The translations under genes and the position numbers were made by a program. From Dictyostelium discoideum (taxonomy: Eukaryota): DNA of 64,000 bases. Below the pieces are notes generated by a model, which had not been told where the DNA came from, ran no database searches, and saw nothing but the letters and a program-made list of their open reading frames with translations. Position 1 is the first letter of the stretch, and each line of letters begins with the position of its first letter. Below are positions 46,643 to 57,178 of this stretch, piece after piece. The stretch spans positions 3,072,001-3,136,000 of the forward strand of contig CM000152.2 in assembly GCA_000004695.1 (NCBI GenBank), read 5' to 3'.

Positions 46643-47911
46643 ATGGGAAATGTAGAATCGCTTTCAAATTCAATTTCTGAGGAATATCATAGGGTAGATG
46701 CTACAAACAGAGGATATTTGGTATGTTAATGATTTATAATTCGCAATCCAATAAAAAAAAAAAAGTGGTGTATACAAAATCATTTTAATGTTGTAAATAA
46801 AAAAAAAACAAATACAAATATATATATTATTTAATAAATACCTTTAACACTTTCAAAATTTTACAAGAAATTTTCAACTTATCAAAAAATTGATATACCC
46901 CCACACACTCACACACTCACACACCACATACACACACTTTCCAAAAAATAAATTTCATTTTTAATCACTTATTTCCTAATCTCATATATTTTTACTTTTT
47001 GGAATACAAATTTACCAAACTACTTTTTTGTTTTCTTTGATAACTTAGTATGAAAGTTTAATTATAGAATCTACTGTCTATCTGGCATTCAAAAAAAAAA
47101 AAAAAAAAAAAAATAATAATAAATAATAAAAATAATAAAATTAAAACATTAAAAAAATTACATAATGACAACACTTTTATAAAATTCTATATTTAAAATA
47201 ATCTATTTTTAAGTTTTTTACATTTATTGACTTTTTTTTTTTTTTTTTCTATTATCATAATAATTCTTTTTTTTTTTTTTAATTTATTTGAAATTTTATT
47301 ATTAATAATTATTACCTTTTTTTTTATTATTATTATTATTAATTATAATGATTTATAAAAGTTATTGGATGAATTATTACAAATGCAACCACCTAGAGAG
47401 AGTACGATTGATATATGTCATCTTGGTACATTATTTGTAATTGATAAAAGAAGGACAGGTAGATTCTATCATAATGATATACTTGAATTTGCAAGGACCT
47501 ATGCATCACAGGCTTTATTAAATGGTAGGAAAGATGATTTTCAATCAAAATTTCAGGCTTATTGTACTTTAAAAATGTGGAACGAGATTTCAAAAGATAG
47601 AGATGAAATATTTGTTGAATGGTTTGTTGTTTTTTTTTTTTTTTGATTTTTTTTTTTTTTATTATTGATATTATTAATATTAACATTTTGTTTGAAAGGT
47701 TTACAAAACTATTCACAGAGAATCCAAACTATATACAAAAATTTGATCAACATAGTGAAACTTATTTAACAAGTGATGCTATAAATAAAATGTATCAGGT
47801 AATTATTATTATTATCATTATTATTAATTATTATTTTATTATAATTATCTTTTTGATTTTTATTTTTGTGATTATTTAAGGAGATAGGGGTTAGATTTTA
47901 TTGTGGGATGG

Positions 47912-47980
<69 letters not shown>

Positions 47981-48237
47981 TTATTTTTTTTTTTTTTTTT
48001 CGAGAAATCTTTTTAAATATTAAAGAAAACTAATTTTTAAAACCACAACACATTTAGATATTATCAATTAAAAATTATTATGGGGGTGATTTTAGAAGTT
48101 TTCTAGATTTAATGCAAAGATCTGCAGAGGAAGAAGATTTAATGAAATTAGATGAAGATGAATTGGACGATGTAGTACCAGCTCAAATTTTAAAAAACTT
48201 TTCAAAACATTTTATTGATGGTTTTAAAAAATTAATG
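46643..48237 (+). CDS. N-myristoylated (MGNVES...) multi-exon protein, possibly with degenerate EF-hands. Exons approximately 46643..46720, 47362..47621, 47699..47798, then about 48096..48237 or beyond. The 3' end is unresolved.
   Basis: MGNVESLSNS fits the N-myristoylation consensus. Exon 1 ends at a GTATGT donor and a 641-nt first intron follows. Exon 2 reads LLDELLQMQPPRESTIDICHLGTLFVIDKRRTGRFYHNDILEFARTYASQALLNGRKDDFQSKFQAYCTLKMWNEISKDRDEIFVEW. It joins in phase 2 through GTTTGT..AG to FTKLFTENPNYIQKFDQHSETYLTSDAINKMYQ, which ends at GTAATT. The next coding block is SFLDLMQRSAEEEDLMKLDEDELDDVVPAQILKNFSKHFIDGFKKLM. None of its candidate acceptors (48095, 48106, 48119) is in phase with the GTAATT donor. 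Confidence 0.4.
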
Positions 48238-49268
48238 GTAAGCAAATTATTTAATTTTATTTCTGTTAATAATTTAATTTTTTTTTTTTTTTTTTTTATT
48301 TTATTTTATTTTATTAATATTATTTTGGGTAAAAAAAAAAAAAAAATCTATTTAAATTTGTATATATATTGATAAAATATTTATATATCTCATTCTTTTA
48401 AAATAATATTATTTTCTAAATCTTATTCTAATTCTAAAAAAAAAAAAAAATAAAAAAATGAATTTCTAGTCTGAACTTGGTTTCCAACCAGATTTACTTT
48501 CAAATGTTCAATAGAATATGAAAAAACTAGTTTTTCTATTTTTTTATAAAAAAAAAAAAAAAAAATTTGTAAATAATAATAAAAGATAGTTAACAATTAT
48601 GTATCAATTTTTTTTTTTTTTTAAAATTTCATATAATTTTTATTCATTTTTTTTTTTTTTTATTTTATTTTTTAAATTTCATACTTGATGTGAAATTAAT
48701 TCAATTTAGAATCACAAATGGTTAAAATAAATATTGTGAAAAAGGAAAAAAAATAAAAAATAAAAAAAAAAATAAAAAATAAATGTGGTAAAAAATATTT
48801 ACTAAAGTTTCAATTAAAAATGTTCAAATTATCCTATCCAATTAACATAAAAACTATATTGTGTGGTAAATAAATTTTAAAAGGAAAGTTGTCTAAAAAA
48901 AAAAAAAAAAAAAAATAATTAAATTTTGTTGTGGTATGGGGTAAATTCGATTTATTGAAAAAAAAATAATAGCTAATTAGTAAAATTCCTCAATTCATTA
49001 TTTACTCTTTAGCTATGGTGTGTTTCCGATAAATTATGGAAATTCATAATAAAAAAAAAAAAAAAAAAAAAATATTGGTGTTCTAAATAATTACTATTTA
49101 AAATAAAAATTATCATAATTCTAAATATCAATTATTAAAATAATAATAATTATCAATTATAATAATAATAATAATTTAATATTTATTTAAAAAAAACAAA
49201 AAAACAAAAAATAAAAATTTATATTTTATTTTTTTTATATTTAAATACTTTTCAATACATATAACAAA

Positions 49269-50626
49269 ATGAGCATTAATTGGTTAACTCACCCATTTGA
49301 AGAATTAAGTAATTTAAAACATTCTTTGGATGAAACTTTAAAAAATTGGACTGAACCAGCACCAACTGCTGCAACATCAATGGATTGGGGTTGGAAGCCA
49401 AGAATGGATGTTTGTGAAAACAAGGATTATTACAAAATCATCTTGGAATTACCATCGTTCAACAAGGATGAAATTGAAGTCCAAGTAAATGGTCGTTTCT
49501 TATCCATCAAAGGTCAAAAAATTGAACATACCACTGATGAATGGAAATATCATAGAAGAGAAAGATATTCTGGTGGTGAATTCCATCGTGCAGTTGCACT
49601 TCCAGAAGGTAATTTTAATATTATTTTTTAAATATATATTTAATAAATCTAATAATAATAAAAACTAACTTTTTTTTTTTTTTTTTTTCTTTCTTTCTTT
49701 CTTTCTATTTTTTAGGTATTGATGGTTCATCAATTCAAGCAAAATTCCAAAGTGGAGTTTTATTATTATTAATTCCAAAGACTGGAGGTAAAACTAGTCA
49801 ACATATTTCATTATTTGGTCGTGAAGAACATGGTAATAAAAGAAATGTAATTGATTTAGAAGAGAAAGAAAGAAAAAGAAGAATGGAAGAATCAGATCCA
49901 ATGTTAGGTCGTCGTTGGGGTACTGGTCGTTCATTGTTTAGTGGTTCAAAATTGAATAATCAAAATGATACCATGTATCGTAAACCAAGTGCATCTGATT
50001 TAAGATTAGTTAAACAGATGGAAACTAAAGAACGTGAAAGAAGAATTAGAGATACCAAAGGTGAAACTGAAAAGAAGAAGAACGCACTCAAAGTCAGTCG
50101 TTACATTAAATCACTTGGTATGAATCCAAGATCAACCTTGAGAAGAGGTGGTCGTGAAATGGAAAAGATTATTCATCTTGAAGAACGTGAACGTCAAGCA
50201 AGAATCAGAGACAAAGGTAGAATGAGACAACAACAAGCTCTCGCTAAAAAAGTTTCCAATTTAATTAAACACTCTGGTGGAGCTGCTAGACTTCGTCATA
50301 CCGGTTTCAACTATTCTACCATTACTAAAGGTTACAATACCAACAAGACCAAATTTGATCGTTTCGGTAAAGAAAATGACTCCTTTGGTGGTTTCAACAT
50401 TAACAAATCATTCACCAACCAATTCAAAGGATTTGGAAAGAATAGTGGTGGTAAATCAATAAACATTACCACTGGTGGTTTCAAAGCTCCATCTCAATTC
50501 AACAAATTCACTCACAACTTGGAAGAAAAAGAACGTCAAAGAAGATTAAATGATAAAAAAGGTCAAAATGATGCTAAACGTTTAGCTGCTGAAATCTCTC
50601 ATATGATTGGTAATGCTCATTTTTAA
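49269..50626 (+). CDS. Small heat-shock protein (Hsp20/alpha-crystallin family) with a long basic C-terminal extension, 416 aa. Exons: 49269..49608, 49716..50626.
   Basis: Alpha-crystallin domain: WKPRMDVCENKDYYKIILELPSFNKDEIEVQVNGRFLSIKG...GEFHRAVALPEG, then a GTAATT..AG intron in phase 1, then IDGSSIQAKFQSGVLLLLIPK. The about 250 aa tail contains three copies of an EKERxRRIRD/NDKKG-like motif. Confidence 0.85.
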
Positions 50627-50880
50627 AAATTTTTTCATTAATTGATTAAAAAAGGTTAAATAACTATTTACTTTTTCAAATTCATACATATTTTCATACA
50701 AACAATAATTCTCGAATTTGAGGATTTTAATATTTTCTTAAATATTTAAATAAAAATTTATATATTTATTAATTAAAAAAATGAGTGAGAGATAATGGTG
50801 ATGTATATTTTTAGTGTTATTAAAGTGTATTTTTTTTTTTTTTTGATGGTTGGGATGAGATATGGTTTTTTTTATTTTTT

Positions 50881-51051
50881 TTATGCAGCAATACGATCTT
50901 TTCCACCTTGTTTTACAAAGACAACAGTTTCTTTTGGATTCCATCTTGATAATTCATTTGATGATTGATTGACTAAGCCATTGTAATTATTAAAATTAAA
51001 ATCATTTGATTTATTTGATTTAAAAGAAATATTAAATGATGATAAAGATCC

Positions 51052-51095
<44 letters not shown>

Positions 51096-51172
51096 TTTTT
51101 TTTTTTAATAAAATTAATATCTTTAAAGTTTTTTTTTTTTAAAAAATATATATACTTACTAAAAATGGACAT
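50881..51172 (-). CDS. Small two-exon ORF, about 60 aa (MSIF-R-SLSSFNISFKSNKSNDFNFNNYNGLVNQSSNELSRWNPKETVVFVKQGGKDRIAA). Exons: 51172..51160, 51050..50881.
   Basis: The ATG is followed after 13 nt by a perfect GTAAGT donor. A roughly 110-nt A/T intron ends ...ATAG, and the downstream exon is in frame to a TAA. ATG-proximal introns like this are common in Dictyostelium. No homologue recognised. Confidence 0.35.
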
Positions 51173-52644
51173 TCTTCCTTTAATTAATTATTGTAATGGA
51201 TTGAAACAATTGTAATTTATTTAATTAATGAAATTATTGTAAAAGAATTAAGTTTATTTATACTGATTTTTTTATTTTTTTTTTTTTTTTATTTAAAAAA
51301 AATTAATTTTTATTAATATTAAACTGATAATAAAAATAATGGAAATAAAAAAAATAATAACGAAAAGAATAATAATACCAATATTAAGTTAATTATTATT
51401 ATTAATATTTTATTTTTTTAAACTCAATGAGTAGATTTTTTTTTTTTTTTTTTAAAAAAATACCATAAAAAATTTTAACCAAATTAAATATTGTTACATA
51501 CCTAATCTCTCTTATTAAAATACATAAATGGAATTGTTTAATTATTAATTAAAATAAATAAAAAAAAAAGACTTGCTAAAAAATTAATTTTAATTTTTGC
51601 CCCTAAATAACCTCATCATTTCACAAAAATAGTTAAAACTATCAATTTAAAACAGTTTAAAATAATTTTCAAAACCCAATTGACAAATGATAATTTTAAA
51701 ATAATATTAAAATAAAACCAAAGATATTTAATTTTTTTTTTTTTTAAAAAAAAAAAGAAAACATTAAATAAATTATTCATTAATGTATTAATATATGTAT
51801 ATGTTTGGTCCTTATTAATTTAAAAGACAAAAATAAAACAAAAATTTCATCGGCATTATAAAAAAAAAAAAAAAAAACTTCGGCATTCAATCAAAAACCC
51901 AATCGAGATTTTGATTTATTGATTGGAATTATATATCTTTCATTATTTATTTTTTTTTTTTTTCTGCTTTTTTTTTTAATTTATCATAAAAAAAAAAATA
52001 CTGAAAAAAAATATAAAAAATATAAAAAATATATATAGAATATTATTCACACACCATTACCACCCAATGCAATTAAATAGATTATTTTTTATTTAATTTT
52101 ATTTATTTATTTTTTTTTTTTTAAAAATATTTTTATTGTTTTCAACGCCATCGATGGTGAATAATTAATTTTAAAATTATATAAAAAAAAAAAAATTTAT
52201 ATATTAAACCAATATAAATAAACATATACATTTAAAAAGAAATTTATTTGTTTTTGGTTTATTTTTTTTATTTATTTTTTTTTTTTACTTGAAATTATTA
52301 TTTATTAATAATATTTTGAATATGATTTTTAAAAAATTATCTCCTTACTAGAATATTTTCGAGAATAAATAGTGCGAAGAAATATAAATTAAAAAACCAA
52401 ATTAATCATCAACCATAAAATGAAAAATGAAAAATACAAATCAATACTAATATTTTTAAAAAAGAAAAAAAAGATAAAAAAGAAAAAAAAGAAAAAAAGA
52501 AAAAAATAAAAAAAAAAAAAATGAATGATTATTATTATTATTTATTTTTTAATTATTTTATTAGTTGAAAAAAATAAAAAAAAAAAATAAAAGAAATTTA
52601 TTATTACTATTTTTTAATTATTATTATTATTATTTTTATTTTAT

Positions 52645-55046
52645 TTAAAGTTCGTCATGGGTTGATTGTGGTGGTTGTTGGAAATCTTGTTGTTGATTTT
52701 CATCATCATCACCAAATGAAACTGATGGACCAGAATTTTCATTTTTAGTGGTTTCGAAATTAGTTTGAGCTAAACTATCACCATTAATCATCATTAATTT
52801 GTAAATGAAATCGGCAAAGTTTGTTGGATTATCAATGGAATAACCAGCGGTAAGAGCAGAAGTTTCATATAAAACATGAGCGCTAACTTTGGTAGTTTCA
52901 TCTTCTTCACCAAATTCATTCAATCTATTCAAGAGTTTTTTAATGAGTGGATGGGAAGGATTAATTTCCATGATTTTCTTTGAATTGAATTGTGGTTGAG
53001 CGTTTGCTTGATGAGCTTGAGCTTTCATGATACGTTCTTGATTGGCAGTGACACCCCAAGAATTTGAGACTAAAATACTTGGTGAATCAGCTAAAACCTT
53101 TGAAATGACGACTTTTTCCAATTTATCAGAGAGAGTCTTTTTGAGGTAAGAAAGGAGTGGTTTGAATTCTTCGGCGGTTTGTTTACGTTGATCCTCTTCC
53201 TCTTTGTCTTCATTGAATTTAACACCACTACGTGCAAGATTAGTGAATTTGTATTTATCGTCAAATTTATCCAATTGTGGTACTAAATACTCATCGATTG
53301 GATCGACTAAGAATAAAACTTCATAACCTTTTTTAATGGCTTGTTCAATGAGTGGTGAAGCTTCTACGGAATCCTTTGATTTACCAGTGATAAAGTAAAT
53401 TTGATCTTGACCCTCTTTCATACGTTCTACATAACCAGCAAAAGTGGTTAACTCTTCCTTACTTGATGGGAATAAGAGGTATTTAGTTAAACGTTTTTTA
53501 TTGGCTTGATCTTCGATGGCACCTAATTTCATTGAAGAACCGAATTTCTTAAAGAATTCATTGTATTTGGTTTTATCTTCATCTTCAGATAACTCTTTAA
53601 TCATTGAAATGAATTTACCAATGACCTTCTTTTTAATGGCATCTAAAATCTTATTTTGTTGTAACATTTCACGAGAAACATTCAATGGTAAATCATCGGA
53701 ATCAATAACACCAACTAAAAATCTTAACCAATTTGGAACCAATTCCTTAAGGTTATCAGTGATGAAAACACGACGTACAAATAATTTAAGACCACTACCG
53801 GCAGCTTCTAAATCAAACATATTTGATGGTGGATTCTCTGGAATGTAAAGAATTGAACGGAATTCAGTATCACCTTCAGTCTTAAAATGTGAATAAGTGA
53901 TTGGTGTATCTTGAGTTTTACTTAATGATCTAAAGAATTCAGTGTATTCTTCTTTGGTAACATCTTTTGCTGCTTTCATCCATAATGGTTTTGAATCATT
54001 TAATTCTTCCCATTTATAAACGGTTTTAGTTTTCTTTTCTTCAGTTTGTCCTTCTTCTTCGGTTGTAGTCTCTTCTTCACCTTCTTCTGTGGTGGTGGTA
54101 GTTTCTTCAACTTGATCATCGGTGATTGGTTTTGAATCTTCTTGTTCTTCTTTTGGAATTTCAACTTCTTCAGAAACGTATAAATAAATTGGGAAATTAA
54201 TGAATTGTGAGTACTTCTTTACGAGTTGTTTAATAACTTCTTGATCTAAGAATTCTTTAGAGTCATCTTTAATGTGAAGACTAATACGAGTACCTCTACC
54301 AAGTGTATTACCTTTTGGATCTTTGGCAATGGTGTATGATGATTGTGAATCTGATGTCCAAACGTATTGATCATCATCATTACTCTTTGAGGTTACAACA
54401 ACAGAATCGGCAACTAAAAATAATGAATAGAAACCAACACCAAATTGACCAATTAAATTGGATGATTCTGCTGAATCACTAACTTTCTTTATGAATTCTT
54501 TAGTTCCTGATTGGGCAATAGTACCTAAATTTCTAACTAATTCATCTTTAGTCATACCAACACCTCTATCAGTAATATGGAGAACATTATTAGCTTTATC
54601 AATTTTAATATGAATATCTAAGTTTGATTGTTCACCTTCACCTAATAAATCTGCATTTGTTAATGCTAAAAATCTAATTTTATCTAATGCCTTTTTTTAG
54701 AAAAAAAAAAAAAATAAATAAATAAAAATAATTAATAATCTTTTTTTTTTTTTTTTTTTTTTTTGTTTAAAAAAAAATTAAAACTTACATCTGATGCATT
54801 TGAAATTAATTCTCTTAAAAAGATTTCTTTTTTAGAATATAAGGAATTAATGATAATATTCATTAATTTATTGACTTCAGTTTGGAAAGTGAATTTTTCA
54901 CCCTTTTCTTCAATTAATTTTGCTTCAGCTTCTGTGTATCCATCACTTTCAAGGTTAACAGTGGCAACACTTGAACTTGGAGCGAATGCAACTAAAAGGA
55001 ATGCAAATAAACCAAGAATTAAAAATATTTTTGTAATACTTTTCAT
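52645..55046 (-). CDS. grp94: GRP94/endoplasmin (ER-resident Hsp90 paralogue), 767 aa, with a C-terminal HDEL. Exons: 55046..54789, 54690..52645.
   Basis: There is a signal peptide ([22 protein letters not shown]). The Hsp90 signature is split by the intron: ...[15 protein letters not shown], then GTAAGT..AG, then [24 protein letters not shown] ATPase motifs ([10 protein letters not shown]), charged linkers and the terminal HDEL are present. Confidence 0.92.
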
Positions 55047-55090
55047 CTTTTTTTTATAAGTATGTTTTTTAATTTAATGTATAATTGATG

Positions 55091-55128
<38 letters not shown>

Positions 55129-55256
55129 AAAAATGAAAAAAAAAAAAAAAAAAAAAATGAAAAAAAAACAGTGCATCGTCACCTTTTATTTTTAAAATAA
55201 AATGAAGCCCATCAGATGGAGTTCGATTTTTTCTAAAATTTTTTTTTTTTTATTTT

Positions 55257-55412
55257 CCCAAAACTTTAAAGGGAATAAAAAAATATTGTGTGACGATGCA
55301 AATTGATTAATGTAAAAATCAAAAGTTTTGATGCATTGTTTTAAATTTACAGGGTTTTTTTTTTTTTTTTTTTTTTTTTCTTTTTTCTTTCCTTTCTATT
55401 GATGTTTATATT
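55257..55412 (+). repeat. Copy A of a ~160-bp direct repeat. The core is CAAAACTTTAAAGGGAAT...ATATTGTGTGACGATGCAAATTGATTAAT...TCAAAAGTTTTGATG...TTTAAATTTACAGG, then a long T-run, then TTCTTTCTATTGATGTTTATATT.
   Basis: About 95% identical to copy B over the core. Each copy ends in a long T-run (T>=13). An 11-bp inverted match to GTGACGATGCA (TGCATCGTCAC) lies about 115 bp upstream at 55171..55181. Confidence 0.7.
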
Positions 55413-55484
55413 GGAAGGGTTCAATTTTTTTATTTTTTTTTTTTTATTTTATTTTTTTATTTTATTTTATTTTTGTTTTGTTTT

Positions 55485-55642
55485 CTCAAAACTTTAAAGG
55501 GAATTAAAAAATATTGTGTGACGATGCAAATTGATTAATATAAAATCAAAAGTTTTGATGTATTGTTTTAAATTTACAGGTTTTTTTTTTTTTCATTTTT
55601 TTTTTCATTTTTCTTTTTTTTCTTTCTATTGATGTTTATATT
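55485..55642 (+). repeat. Copy B of the same ~160-bp direct repeat, about 228 bp downstream of copy A.
   Basis: Aligned by eye to copy A, with a handful of substitutions (GGGAATT/GGGAATA, AATGT/AATAT, GATGC/GATGT). Both copies sit between the grp94 start (55046) and the vps55-like stop (55670). Confidence 0.7.
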
Positions 55643-55669
55643 ATTATTAATTGTTTTTTTTTTTTTTTT

Positions 55670-56180
55670 TTACCAATTATTGTCTTCATCATTATGTCTA
55701 TTAAAGAACCAAAGGAATGTAATAATTGTTGCATAAACTGTAACACCGCCTGCCATTGAAAATGCAAGTGCTTTTCCTGAAATCTGGAAATTTTTTTTAA
55801 AAAAAAAAATACGATTAGTTATTCATTCTTTTAACATATATATTTAAAATTATATTTAAATAAACCTACAATATCTGAATGGGCTAAAATCATTGGAATT
55901 GCAAATCCAGATGTAATAAATAGACCTGTTAAAAATAACCCAATATCTTCAAATGTTCTGTTTAGTTGTATTTTTTTAAAAAAAAAAAAAGAATGAGTAA
56001 TTAATTAATTGGAATTTTTAAAAAAAAAATAAAAAAATAAAAAAAGAACAAAATAATTAATAAATAATACAAACCCTTTTTCACTTGAAAAACTATCTCT
56101 ATTTCTACATAATATATTTGGGAACGGAGCAAGAAAATATGATGCAACTTTTTTTTTTTTTTTTTTTAAAACAAATTAGT

Positions 56181-56213
<33 letters not shown>

Positions 56214-56628
56214 TTTTTTTTTTTTTTTTTTTTTTGATTCTGATATAAATTTTGAAATATACATACCAACTATAATTGGATAACCAGAGTGAGAAACTAT
56301 ACATGCTAAAATATTAAATAATAAACCAACTGCAAATGCGCAAGAAAAACCTATAATTCTATATTATAATGTAAATATTTTATCTTTTTTTTTTTAATCT
56401 TTTTTTTATTTATTTTTATTTGTTTTTATTGTTTCATTTTCTTTCATATAAATATTGATCTTACGCTATAATTATAGTAATATTAAAATAAAATAATGAG
56501 ATGTTAATAAAGAGATTAAACTTTTTATTCTCGAAAAAAAAAAAAAAATAAAAAAAAAAAAAATAATAATAATAAAATAATCAAAAAATATGTTCAAATA
56601 ATTAAATACCTTTAATATCATGTCCCAT
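55670..56628 (-). CDS. Vps55/LEPROT (endospanin, OB-R gene-related) family four-TM protein, 125 aa, split into 5 exons: 56628..56610, 56350..56267, 56147..56075, 55957..55870, 55783..55670.
   Basis: The spliced product is MGHDIKGFSCAFAVGLLFNILACIVSHSGYPIIVVASYFLAPFPNILCRNRDSFSSEKGTFEDIGLFLTGLFITSGFAIPMILAHSDIISGKALAFSMAGGVTVYATIITFLWFFNRHNDEDNNW. Its C-terminal half aligns with human LEPROTL1 (...[31 protein letters not shown]). Donors are GTATTT, GTATGT, GTTTGT and GTAGGT. All phases close (19+84+73+88+114 = 378 nt). Confidence 0.7.
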
Positions 56629-57178
56629 TTTTTTGATGTTTATGTGTGATTAAATAAATATATAAATAAAAAAAAAAAAAAAAAATAAAAAAATAAAAAA
56701 AAAATTAATTTAAAAAAAAAAAAAAAAAAAAATAGAAATTAATTTAAAAAAAAATAAAAAAAAAAAATAATTGTTATTCACCCAAAAAATTAAAATTTTT
56801 TTTTTTGAAAACAACTCAAAAAAAAGGGTGAGGACGATTGTTTTATATATTTTTTTTTTTTTACAACAAATAATATTCGGATTAAAATGTTGATTATAAT
56901 TATCAAAAGATCCAATTTGGATGTATACATTTATTTTTTATTTTTTATATTTTTTTTTCTTTTCTGGAAAAACAAATTGATTTATTTAATCCTTAATTTT
57001 TCATTTTTTAATTAATTTTTAATCAATTTTTAATGAATTAATTTCTTTAAAATATTTATAAAAACTATTAAAAAATGAGAAATTGAGGAATTTAATAATT
57101 TCTTTTTTCCAGGATTATTATTTGTTTTTTTTTTTTTTAAAAATTTTTTAATTGTTTTATTTTTTTTTTATTTTTTTT

